Assembly: GCA_001643675.2 (NCBI GenBank)
Contig: LSRY02000011.1
Span: 1,798,001-1,862,000 of the forward strand
Direction: 5' to 3'
From: Monocercomonoides exilis PA203
Lineage: Eukaryota > Protista > Preaxostyla
DNA length: 64,000 nt
The translations under genes were made by a program, and so were the position numbers. Position 1 is the first letter of the stretch; the number at the start of each line of letters is the position of its first letter. Under the pieces are notes generated by a model. That model was not told the DNA's origin, did not search any database, and was given only the letters and a program-made list of their open reading frames with translations. Shown one piece after another: positions 25,096 through 37,800 of the stretch.

Positions 25096-25544
25096 AAATA
25101 AATAAATAAAAAATAATGTCTTGTTTTTCATGCACTGAAAATGATAATAACATTTCAAAAAAATAAGCAAATGGTTTGAAACTCATTTTGAGTGAAGTCT
25201 TATCCACAAAATTTATTGGAGAAAAAAAAAAATTCTAAATGAAACTTGAATTTGTTTCATTTTAAATACGAACTCTAACTTAGAATGAATAGATTTTTTC
25301 AGTTATATGGGTGACTTTTTTTGAAATCATCACTTTATTTGGTGTGTTGTTTTTTCAAAAACAGTTTATCATTTGGAAGACAATTTTCAATCAAATACTG
25401 CAATCACCACAACTGTTTTAAAAACCAAATGATTTTGAAGAATCAAAGATGAAAAAATATTAAATAACCCTTTTCACTTTTCACTGTTCATTTGTTAATA
25501 TTCAAGAGATAACTAAGCCCCAAAAATTTATTATCAAAAAACAG

Positions 25545-25694
25545 GATTTCAAGAATTATCACCCACATGAATAATGAATGTTTGAAAAGAATTTTTTTAT
25601 TGTGAAAACATAGTATTTTTTTTCATATCGAAAGTTATCGTTAAAAAATCAGATGTGTGATAATAAAAAAATGTGGGTGATTATTATTGAAATC
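25545..25694. repeat. Inverted repeat with 24-bp arms (22/24) about 100 bp apart; MITE-like
   Basis: GATTTCAAGAATTATCACCCACAT (25545-25568) versus reverse complement of 25671-25694, GATTTCAATAATAATCACCCACAT. It extends imperfectly outward. Confidence 0.7.
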
Positions 25695-26144
25695 ATATTT
25701 TTTGGATCAAAAACATCGGCTCGATTATTCATTTTTGAGTTTTTGATATTTTTTCGTGTTATATCACACAGAATTAAAAAGAATATCGAGATAGAAATTT
25801 AATTATCAAATATTGGTATTTGAAACGATTAATTAGTATTCAACAATTGGTTATTAATTATTTAGCAAATGTAATTGAATTTTCAAAAAAAAAACAACAC
25901 TCCGAAAAAAGTTATGATTTCAAAAATTATTATCCATGTTTGAAATTTCTTTCTTCATTGGGTCAACTTTCGAATGGGACTTTTTCCTTTATTGGCACTT
26001 TTATTGTTTTTGCATGTCAGTCATTCAATAAAGCAAGATGGACCTCAACATTTGGACGAAGGTGTTTATTAACAAGCACATTAAAAAAGTGGTTTGTTTT
26101 TCGAATTTTGTTTATTTATCGTAGAGATACAGCAATTATTTATT

Positions 26145-26778
26145 TATTTTGAAGTGATTTTTTTCAGCCGAAGAAGCATTTCACAAAATATTGAAATCCA
26201 TTTTTCAAAACTACTAGCATTATCTTTTTTATATTCAAAATCTTAAGTTGAACAACTTGTTTTTTCTTGATTTTTTCTCACATCATTTTTTTATCAACAT
26301 GCGAACACAAATTTGAAAATTTCTTTGTTATAAAAATGAAGTGTTAAAAATAAAAATATGATATGAAATATGCACACTCTTATGAAGAAGAGTGAAAAAT
26401 GTTGAACATTAAAATTTTTTATTTGTCTCAAACAGGTGAAATTTCACAACATTGTATGATCTGAGATCAAATTTATTCTGTTATGATGTGTTTGATGTAA
26501 ATAGAAAATTTTAATGTTCAACATTTTTCACTCTTCTTCATAAGAGTGTGCATATTTCATATCATATTTTTATTTTTAACACTTCATTTTTATAACAAAG
26601 AAATTTTCAAATTTGTGTTCGCATGTTGATAAAAAAATGATGTGAGAAAAAATCAAGAAAAAACAAGTTGTTCAACTTAAGATTTTGAATATAAAAAAGA
26701 TAATGCTAGTAGTTTTGAAAAATGGATTTCAATATTTTGTGAAATGCTTCCTCGGCTGAAAAAAATCACTTCAAAATA
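26145..26778. repeat. Long near-perfect inverted repeat (foldback): 290-bp arms, 54-bp spacer
   Basis: 26145-26434 is the reverse complement of 26489-26778, with about 5 mismatches seen, 4 of them next to the spacer. Confidence 0.95.
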
Positions 26779-26809
26779 CATTTAAAAAAAATTCGATATC
26801 TCCACATGT

Positions 26810-27076
26810 GGGGGAAAATACGGACTTTCAAGCTTTTTTTGTACAAAACATGAAAAAATTGTTTCACTCATAACATTTCAAACATTTTCGGATTACAAAT
26901 TAAATCGAATTTTCTTTTCCGTAAATAAACGTCATTAATACAATAGCAAAATGTTTTGTAACGTTACACGAATGTTAAAAAATGGACGAATTTTTATTGT
27001 GTTCTTTGATCTTAAAAAGTCAAAGAAAAGTGCATATCTTTTCAATGAAAATGCCTGAAAAGAAATATTTTGCCCC
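26810..27076 (+). mobile_element. MITE-like element, copy 2 (267 bp)
   Basis: Begins GGGGGAAAATACGGACTTTCAAG and ends CTGAAAAGAAATATTTTGCCCC. It is a diverged direct copy of 24828-25095. Confidence 0.7.
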
Positions 27077-27994
27077 AATTTGAGAAAAATATTTGTTTGA
27101 GTGGAATGAAATAAAATTCAGAAAGCAAAAAGTTTGTAAAACAAACTTTTGTAATTTGAATAAATATTAATAATTCAATAAAATTCACTGATCCCCATTG
27201 TATCTAATGTTTGAGTTTTACTCCATAACAAATAAATTTATTCATATTACTAATTTTTGAGAAATATTTGCTTATTCTTTTTGATGAATGCATCCAAAAA
27301 TAACTTCTTTCATAAAATTAAAATATAATAATAATGCAGTTTGTTTACGTTGTAGCGTGAACATGCTTGCGACATTTCTGTTTGAGAAGCCAACGCGATG
27401 AAGCTTGCCCAAAAGGAAGAAAAAAGTTTTCTTAAACCTTTTCCTTCAAGATTTATTAATTTTTAAACAGATATAAACAAACTTTGATTGAATGTCCATC
27501 TTCAAGTTAAGCTGCCCTCTTCAAATAGTTTTCAGTACATAAGTAATAAAACTTTATATGAAGAGAAATATATGAAGAGTAATAAAGAACATTGAGGAGC
27601 AAAGTTGAAACAAATAAAAAAAAAAAAAATTGTTATTTGAAAAAAGAAAAAAACAAATTCAGAAATAGCTATGAATGAACAAAAAAATAGAAAATGAATG
27701 CTAAGTACATGATAATAATCATGATCATAATAATAGATAGAAAGAAGAAAGATAGAAGAAATATTAGAAATTAAAAAATCGGAGATGCGTGCACAATCTG
27801 CACAGTATTGATTCGCTCTTGATATAAATTACCGAAGCATAAGATCGCAAAACATATGAAAAAATAGAAGAGGATAGTGAATATAATTAAAAGTCGTGAA
27901 ATGTTGAAATAGAATTCAATTATTTGTAAAGAGAATCAAAATTGTTAAAGAAATAGTAAGAAAAGCATTTGATGAATATGCAATGAAAAATCAG

Positions 27995-28779
27995 CTATTG
28001 AGGTTGTGACATTCCGCTGAGTGTAGGATAATTAACTTTCAACGCCCTGCCTCCAAATTGAAATCCGTTCAGACCCAAAATAGCATTTTTTGCACTTTCT
28101 TCATTTGTAAATTCAATAAACCTGAATGAAAGAAATTTATAAAGAACGAATAAGAAATAAAAATTTCGCAAATTTCAAAAACGTGATTAAACTATTATTT
28201 ATTTTGAAAAAAATTGACAAACCCAAAGCCTTTGTGAAGACCAGTTTCAGGATTTTGCATCATTTGACACGAAACAACTGTACCAAATGGTTCAAAAAGA
28301 GGTCTAATAATATCCTCACCCATATCAAATGGCACAGATCCAACATAAATGCGATTTAACATAGGCTTTACAGGGGTCAATTGTTGAGTAGGAGAAGCAA
28401 TCCCAGACATTTGAGGGACTGAACCAGAAACAGGGGCAGGGCCTGGCATGACAACTGATGGTCTGTTAACCTTTATATTTCTTCCACAGAAGAAAAAACC
28501 ATTCATTTCTTGCATCGCAACTTGAGCAGATTCAGGGAAAAAAAAGTCAATAAAGCAAAATCCTTTTGATCTTGTTGTCCCAGGTTCCTGAATAAAAATA
28601 TTACAAAACATAATATCAATGATAAAATTGAGTGTGCCAAGATAATAAGAAACCATTTGCAACTGAACAGTGCGAATTGGTCCAAATGGAGAAAAAAGAG
28701 ATCGAATTATCGGTTCAGTAATTTCGAAGTGCAAAGAGCCAACATAAATCTTTGTTTGTTGTGAAATAGGAATTGCCAT
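27995..28779 (-). CDS. PUF60: PUF60/half-pint-like poly(U)-binding splicing factor; two RRMs, 3 exons, ~205 aa
   Basis: Exons 28779-28654, 28587-28223 and 28121-27995. RRM1 IYVGSLHFE...FSPFGPI...SKGFCFI...PESAQVAMQEMNG...GRNIKVNRPS and RRM2 NRIYVGSV...HKGFGFIEF...GGRALKV match the PUF60 tandem RRMs. Confidence 0.8.
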
Positions 28780-28883
28780 TTAAATAGATATATATAAATC
28801 AGTGCTAACTTTTGGAGGAAAAGATAAAACTTTGTTTTAAAGGATCAATAATCCTATAACATTAAATATTACACCCATAAAAA
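28780..28883. promoter_or_regulatory. Putative 104-bp bidirectional promoter
   Basis: The divergent ATGs of PUF60 (28779) and VPS13 (28884) are 104 bp apart. AT-rich, with TATATATAAA at ~28789-28798. Confidence 0.5.
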
Positions 28884-31800
28884 ATGATATTTGAAAAAAT
28901 ATTGATAAAATCTTCGAAACTATTGATTCCTATAATTGTCGGAAAATATTTTGGAAAATACATTGAAAACTATGATTCGAGTATGCTTAAAGAGGACTCT
29001 AAAAATGGTGCCACATCAATGTCAAATATTCGTATAATTCCACATGTTTTTGAGAAAATGCCGGAAATACGAATTGAATATGGATATATAGGGCAGATTG
29101 AAATTCGTCATGATTTGGAAACTAAATTTAATATTCATATAAAAGATGCTTTTCTGATTTTTCGACCGAATTTATCCGATCCATCTGTTAAAGCTTCTCA
29201 GACTGGGTATATAAATACATTAAAAGACAATCAAGCAGAACTAATGAGTGGAAACAATGATATGTTTAATTCAACTCGAAATATGGAGGAAAAAAGTCAA
29301 GAAGACGAGCAATTCTCAAAATTTTTAAATAGCACAATTGTCGATTTTCTCTTCAAACAGTCGTTTTCATTGGAAAATGTTTGTATAATTTATGAAGACG
29401 CTTCAAATCCACATTTCCCTTTCTCGTTTAATATTCCTTTGAAAAGTGCAAAATGCATAACTACCAATATAGAAGAAATTACAGATGAACATGGCAATAA
29501 AACAAAAGAAACAAATAAAAAAATTGAAATTCAAGAATTTTCTTTGCTTATAAATAGAAGATTTGCCAGATATACGAGAAAAGAAGACATTCCAGAAGAT
29601 CCTCGAGAGTATTTTTTGAATTTAGCAAAATCTTCGAATTTAACACCAATAATTGAACCTATTTCTGCAAATCTGAAGGCAACAAAGATAAAACATAAAA
29701 ATAAAATCTATAAACGCCCTGTGCTTGATGTGCATATTGAGGCAATGCCAATAATCGTTCATTTTTCTGAGGCACATGCGATTCCCTTAATGCAATTGTC
29801 ACTTACAATATTGAAAGAACGTCATTGCGAAGAATTCAGAGTGAATCGTCCGTTTGAAGGCAGGCTCGGAATCGACTTGCTTAGGCAGCGGCAGCAGATG
29901 AAGGACATTCAGCCAGAAGAGCTTCCTCTGGAGGATATGCAGCATTCCGTTAGACTTCGCTCGCGGCAGCTGTGGCGGTGGCTGTATGGCTGCATGAAGG
30001 AGCGAGTGCTGCAGAAGATGGAAAGCCGGCGGATGAGAAGGAAGATGGAAGAGCGAATACGCGACAGGAAGGTGTATGAGGAGCAGCTGGCGAAGTTTGA
30101 GAATGTCCTTCGGGCAAATCCCAGCGAGGCAGGAAAGCTGAAGGAGACGCTCTTGTCGTACGGAGGCCGAGCAGCAGAGGAGCAGCTGAAACAGAAGCAG
30201 TTGCCGATGCAGGAGAGAGACGGAGAGACAGGAGAGATGAGAGAGAAGTGGTATGCTGAAACAGCAGAGGAATTGAAAAGAATTGAAAAACGCAAAATTT
30301 TTACGTTGAAGAAGCTCGAAGAAGATGTCAATGAACGAAAAAGACTCGGAAGGCCTTTGGAAAGAACGAAGGAAGAGACGGAAAGGCTGCAAAGAGAAAT
30401 CAATCTTCAATGGAAGAACAATTTGGTGAAGGAAAACCAAGAAATGCAGAAAAGAAAGAAGGAAATTGAAGAGAAGTTTGCAAAAGAACAGAAAGAACTG
30501 GAAAAAGAAAGAAAAGAGAAGAACAAAGATTCGAAGCAGAAGAAAAGCAAAAAGACATACAAGCCACTAACAGAGAAAGAGCTGGAGAAATTAGGGCTGT
30601 GTGCAGCCAATTTGGAGATATTGGCGTTCTTTGAAACAAAATATTCCCCAACTGACATTAAAATCTTCCGTATGCTGCACCGCGCAAAGATGAGACTGGC
30701 TGACAGCGCTCAGAGGAGCTGCTTTGCCTTTTCTTCGTCCACGTCTTCTGTTTCCACGCTGAGCAAGGCCTTTCCTTCTCAAAGCTCTTCAGAGTCTTCA
30801 GAATCTTCTGAAGGCGACAAGAAAAGATGGCAGAGAATCAAGTTTTCCATTTCTGCTGCTCAGCTGGTTGTGATATTCTCCAAGACAACTTTGAAGCAAT
30901 GTGCTCAAATTGAACCAGGAACATCTCCACCTCATTCTTCTTTATTTGACAATGCAAAAGCCACAGCCTCTCCTCTTTCTTCTGCTTCTGCTTCTGCTTC
31001 TTCTTCTTCTTCATCTTCATCTTCTTCAACATCTAATTCTGATAGTTCTCCTATTACAACATTTCCCAATCATATTTGCTCAAACAATTCTTCTCCTCAA
31101 CATACAGCTGCCTCTGAAGAGATTTTTGAACAGTCGTGCCATTCAACTTCGACTACTTCACTCAGAAATTCTTCAGCATTTGTCGACAAACCAGTGCTGA
31201 AAATTGAAGTGAAAGGGGTCGCTGTGTCTGTTGGCCATCGCCCCACTAACAATGGCATTGATCTGTCGTGCCGCGTCTTCAGCGCAGGAATATTTGATTT
31301 GTGTGCTGCAGAAAACTCTCCCTTTCATTCAGTTCTTCATATTTCTCCAAAGCCATCAACACTCAATCAAATGCAGATGAACTCACAAATTAGACAACTC
31401 AATGAAAATGCTTGGTTTTCGCTGGATTTGAACACATCTCCATGTGATTCGTTTTCAAGTTTTTATCTGCGCTGTCTAATGAGCCCAACCGTGCTGTGTG
31501 TTCCGTCCTCTCCTTTCTTGTCTGTCCTGTCGTCACTCATCGACATTATCACCCTCGAAACTCCAATCGTCTCCTCAAAAACGAACCAATCGTTTGCACC
31601 GAATGATCTTTCACTCTCAGCGGAAATGGCAACAGACGAGCAAAGCATTGAAAGTATTGAAAATGTCGAAAGTGCAGCTTCAAATGGCAGTAGGCTTCTC
31701 AATTTGGATGCGATGCTCAGTCGAGCGGGCCTTTTGAAGCAGATCACGTCCTTCAAAAAGAACACCCAGGCGAAATGGGATATTCTGATGCAGGGGCGCA

Positions 31801-34800
31801 ACACAGCTGACATCGATGTCAACATTCCAGACGTGGCTGTGGTTATTCCGATGGATGACTCACAGCCAGAAACGCCTGCACTTTGCTTTTCTGTTCATAA
31901 AACTGCAATAAAGACAGTCTTTGGCCACGCCACAGGTACAGTGAATTCTCATCAGATTGTTGCTGAAGAGACATTCGACCGAATCAACATTTCTTTTCAT
32001 GGCGTGTCTCTTTCTGTCACACACGTGCCTCTTTTGGGAGTCGATTTTTTTGGCAATAAAAGTAGCTTGCTTTCAAATCCTGGCACTTTTTCCACATCAC
32101 ATCCGATGACTCATCTTCCATTCTCTCAGCATATGCTCCAGTCACCAATTGCCTCTCTTTGCAAAGATGCCACAATAGATTTGTGTGCGCTTATGGCCAT
32201 TGATGACTCGAATGATCGCATTCCGCATCACATCATAAGAGGCACAGTTAATCCAGTTTCCGTCAATTTGTCTGACAAAGAGATTATTTTGTCGTGGGTT
32301 GTTGCATGCAACCTGGCGAAGGTCTTTGGAATCATCGAAGATACACAAGAAGTCAGCGATCTGCTGCTTGATCACTCATCTGAAATAAGTGTAGGCTTGA
32401 TGGGCAGAGAGGAAATGAGCAACAGAAGAATCGAAGAATTGCACAGCACGCAGGATGCCATCATTGTGCAAGATAATAACGATCAATGCGATGATTACAT
32501 TCTCCATTCACACAAAAAGCGTTCTATTTATGCTGAATTGAAACGATTGAGCGAAATAAATTCAATGGCACTTTCTGTGCTACCGTCATTTGGATATTTT
32601 GAAGAGAAGCATTTGCTTAAAAACATCAAAGGAATCCTTTTAACTTCACAAATACAGTTGGACTTGCATAATCAACTTCTTTTCTTGCATCCTCCAAGAA
32701 GCGAAAAGTATGTGCAAGGAGATACGAAAATAACAATAAAACGAATCGAAATGAAAATAGGGAAAACAAAAGAGAAGCAAACCGAATTTTTAGGAGCTAA
32801 ATCTTCATCGGGGTTGGCGAACTTGCTTTTGTCATACGCCAACTCGCACAACTCGTCAGGGCGTTCGATTGTCTCTCTGATTGTTGAAGATGCCGAGTAC
32901 CACTCTTACGAAACAACACGCCATGAAACACTTCGGGTGGATGTCAAAGCGATGAGGATTTTGAATCTTCTCGAAGCAGACAAAGAAGAATCGAGTCAAT
33001 GTTCTTTGACAGATGAGCCCAATCGATTGTCTCGCTCTCAGCTTTTATGCAGCCTTTATGAAGAAGAAACAGGAGATCCTCTGATTAAAGATAGAAGAGA
33101 GCATCAAGCACCAGATACTACGTTCTTTGGCAGTCTCAACGAAGCGAAATGTCTAAATCCCTCTTGTTTGTTAAAGAATGGAACTAACTCCGAACACTCC
33201 AACGCACAAGCTATTCTTCCACACACAGATTTACCTGCTTCTTCACCAGCCTCTTCATTTGCATCAGCATCAGCCTCGTCTACTTCTTCATCCGCACAAA
33301 GCGCTTTGTTTGATGGCATCATCAACAAAGATTTGGAATGTGCCTGCGATCATCTTTTAGAAAAACTGACATGGAAAGATCTTCCACCAGAAGGTCTGAT
33401 GAGCAACAGAGAGGCTTCTGAAGAGGCAATGAACAAAAAACAAGAAGGCACTTTTCTTTCTATTTTGTATGTTATTCAACGGCCAGAAATGAATCTTCGT
33501 TCTCCAACAGAACCTCCTCCATATATTGAAAGAAATGCATTTTTGAATCAATCACAGAGCGAAATTGCTTACACTGAGCCGCCTTATTCTGATGATTTTC
33601 AACATTTCTTCCAATTTCCGCGCCAAACATTTGACGTTCCTGCATTTTTAAACAATTCTCATTCGCCTTCCTATCAATCATCTTCGAATAATCAGATGAA
33701 TAGTTTACAGAATGGAAGTTCAATTCGCAGTTTAAAGCCAAAAATTACACCAGAAAATAGAAATTTGTATGTTGTGATGGCGCCCCTCGTGTTGAATCTT
33801 GACAGAGTTGTTCTGACTGAAGTGCTCAGCATCACACAAACGGTCTTCAATGAGCTTCCGACATTTGCTCAGTCTGCGTTTATTCGCTTGCTAACACACG
33901 TAAATTCACCAGATACTAATGATTCAAATGATATGCAAGCAATTCAGGCTTCACTGAAAACAAACACGATTCACAATGAAAGCCAAAGTTTAACTGAAGA
34001 AACAACATCTTCTTCTGATAGCGAAGAGGCTTATTTTGCAAGCTTGCTGTCTGACATGGTCAAAGTGTCGATGATAATGAAAATTCCTTCTGTTGATGTT
34101 CTATTAACAGACTCGCTTTCTTCTCTGGCTCTGTTTTCTGTGGATGGCGTGTCTGTCACATTGAAAGAAAGAAATGCGCTTAATTCTTTTGTTTTTGAAG
34201 CATCTCAGATGCATCTGTTTGATCGATCAGCTGAATGCAGTCGAGAAGATGGAATGATATCTCTTCCATTGCATCCTTCCTCAAAAATTATTTCTGTCAA
34301 TTCGAAGCTGTCAAATACAGTCACACCTTTTTTGATTCAGAATTCTGACTCCAGCAAAGCAATCCACATTTGCCGTCATACTCATTTTTCATCGCCAGAC
34401 GAGCCATCAAAGCCATTTTCATTGACGATGATTCATTTGGCAACTGTTACTGTTCTTCCTTCTGTGCCATTTTTGGGTTGTGTTGCGGAATATCTCGACA
34501 GAACTTCTTCTGTTGTGGATGCTTTCAAGTCTGTTCTGTCAGTCGCCCAACAACGATTACAAAACGAATTGATGCATTCTGTGAAAAATAAGATTGAAGA
34601 TAGCACTTTTCATAATTCAATCCTTTTAGAGCCAGCTGAGACTGCTTCTGCATCTTCTGCATCTTCTGCATCTTCTGCATCTGTAGCACTTGGAGATTCA
34701 GAATCTGAGTCTTCGCACATGAATTCAGAAATTACTCAATGCGAAAGACGCACAAAATGTGAAGTGCCTCAGAAAGAAAGAATTGCTTCATTTTTTGAGT

Positions 34801-37800
34801 TTTATTGTGAAGGAGCAGTGTTGGAAATTCTTGATTCTTGCCCTCCAGTTGCCTGCAACTTCTCTCAGAAGAAGATCAAACATCTTTCAAATGGCGTTGC
34901 ATTCAACATAAAAAGAATTTCTTTCCAAAACGGAAGCCCTCTTCCTTCTTTAGTCCCTCTGTGTGATGTAACTTCTCACATATTCCTTTCAAAAAAACAG
35001 ATAAGAAATAGAGAAAATGAATTAACAGCAAGTTCATTGAAAGACGAAGCTGAATGGGACGATTATGAAGAAGAGCAAGCTGATCGTGAAGAAGAACAAA
35101 CAGAAATGCAAACAAGAATAAAAGTGGACAAAGACACACATTTGCATCGCAGATGGGCATCAATTGAATGCTTTGAGGCTTCTCTGGTGAATCAGGAGTC
35201 AACTCTTTTATTCGATGACTGCTATCCGTATTTCAACAGCTGGGACATAAATCGCACAGAATCAGCGCTTACGGCAGAGATAGATGCCAATTGCTGCATT
35301 TCTACAATTGATCCTTCACATCCATCTGAAATACAACAAACAAACGAACATTCTAAATGTGCTTTATACGACATCTCATCGTCAATTAATAACCTGCACA
35401 TAACACTCTCGGAAACGCAAATACTTAAGCTTGTTGTTTTGATGAGGGATATTTTGAATGCAGTATCGACTGTTCCTGCTCTTGTGTCTGCCTTTTTTGC
35501 TTCTTCGTCCTTATCATCTTCATATTCTGCTTCATCTTCTGCTTCTGCTTCGGTTTCAGCTTCAGCTTCAGCTTCATCATCATCTTCAGAATATAATGCA
35601 TATACCACAGAAAATTCTGAAAAATCTCATCTAAAAAGAAGCCAGTCCATCTCAAAAATTGTCAAGTCGTTGCAAACGAATGTTTTCGGAAGCTCATCTT
35701 TGCAAAAGGTTGGAAGAAACGATGACTGCACAGCTGAATCTTATCCACTTGTTCACTTTTCTTTTAAAATGGGTGGAACACTTATTCAAATTTTGAACGA
35801 CAAAACGAAACATCCAATGATCATACCAATTAAGTTAGACTCAGCCTCGTTATATGCTCAATTGTATGCACCAGAGAAAGCACTACAAAAGGATTTGCCG
35901 CTGCTGGATTTGGCTTTTGAAGCTCAAAACATTTTTAGCCAAATTGGAACTGGTTTGTATTCACAGCCCTTTTTTTATATCAACACACCATACATTTCGA
36001 GTGCACTGACTTTGCATACAGACAGCACTTCCTTTGAATTGTGTGTTGGCCCTTTCATCTTCAACCAGAAGCAACTTGCTGATCCCACTAATGCCACAAG
36101 CAACCAAAGTTCTCTTTCGAGTATTCCAGTTTCAGCAACTGGTAATAATAATGTTAAAGCTCTAATCAAACGTGCGACAAAATTGCCATGTGATGAATTT
36201 GAGAAGTCAACAGAAGATGAAGCATTACCAAGAGATGCGTTTAAATCGAATCCTCTTTTTAACACTTGCAAATCTGAAATTGATTCATGCCATTTGCATC
36301 TATCAACAACCAACATTCAACAAGATGCGTCTCAGCAAGCATTGCTTCAATTCAACTATTACTCAAAAGTTCCTAACACAACTGTTAATTCCACATCTTT
36401 CAGTTTATCTTCTTCTGCGCATATTTTTGTGGCTATGAATTCTTTTTGCCTTTGCCTCTCAAACGAGCAGTTGACTTCACTTCTGTCTGTATTGACATTC
36501 TTATCGCAGCATTCATCAGTTATTGTTGCTTCACTGCTGATGGACGATGTTGCATCCATTTCTGATTTGATGGCAAGCAAAATGGAGTCAAATGACGAAA
36601 TAGGGGGAGATTTATCACTCACGCAACATCCCATTTCTGAAAATGATGAAAAAACTAACATTTCCGTTGATTTTTGTGCAGCTTCATTACGTCTCTTGTT
36701 TTTCAGCAAAGAAACGCCTCTGTTCCTTGCTGCTCTCAACGGATTAGCTCTTTCTTACGAGAAGAATTTTTATAGTTACCAAATTTCTGGTGAAATGGAA
36801 TCATTATTTGTGAAAAGCCTAATAAAGACAAATATTCATTCTCCAAATAAAGCTTTATCAATTACAGATTCCTCAGCCTTTACGCCTGTTCAACATGAAA
36901 TGAACGATACGTCTAATTCGACAAATCAGTGCGATTTTATTGCCCAACAAGAATCAATCAATCAATACACGCATCTTGTTGTGTTTGTGCCAGAGGACGA
37001 TGGAGATGAAGAAGAGACACAAAGCATTTTATCTCAAATGCTAAAAAACAAAGCGCTTTCACTGAATGTGTCAGTGTCGTGCGATGAACGCACACAAACA
37101 GCGCCATCGGTCAATGCTACATTTATATGCAGTTCTTTGCGAGTTGTTTTCCTGGCTTATTATTACAGGAGCTTCGTAAAGTTTGGATTAGGACTTTTCT
37201 CTCTCTTCGATAGAAGCTCAATCAAGCCGAAGAAAGCAATACCAACCAAACAGAGCTTAACAGAAACATTTTCATTCATAAAAGAGGAAATAAGACCAGA
37301 ACCGTCTGAGAATTCACAGACTGTTTCATCATCTCGCTCAACTGATATAACTTCTTATGAAACAAAGCATCATAATTTGACAAACGAATTTTCAGAATCA
37401 AAATCTGATGTTGTTGCATTTGAAAAAGATGATAATTCAGATTCAAAAATGCACATTTCTAGTTTCACTGCAATGGTCAAGATAAAAGCACCAATGTTTT
37501 TCATTCCTGTCAACTCGAATTCTTCAGAAATGATGGTTGTATCTTTCTCAGATTTTGATCTTTCAAATACTCCCATGATTCAAAATGCATACTCAGAGGA
37601 ATTACAACAATATACAAACTTGCAATTTTCATTGAATGATTTGGTTGTTATCAAAGCAGCGTTGCCGCATGATAAAATATTGAATCTTATGCAAATAAGA
37701 ACTCATACGACTGAAGAAGCAATGAGACAGAGTTCATCCAGAGAAAAGTTTTATCTTTTGCTCTCCAAAATGAACATTGATTCAGTTTCTGCTCCTCTCC

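Noticed and set aside
34647-34682. 9-bp tandem repeat and other TCT/TCA/GCT tracts in VPS13 and IFT144
   Set aside because: Ordinary Ser/Ala low-complexity linkers seen throughout these genes.
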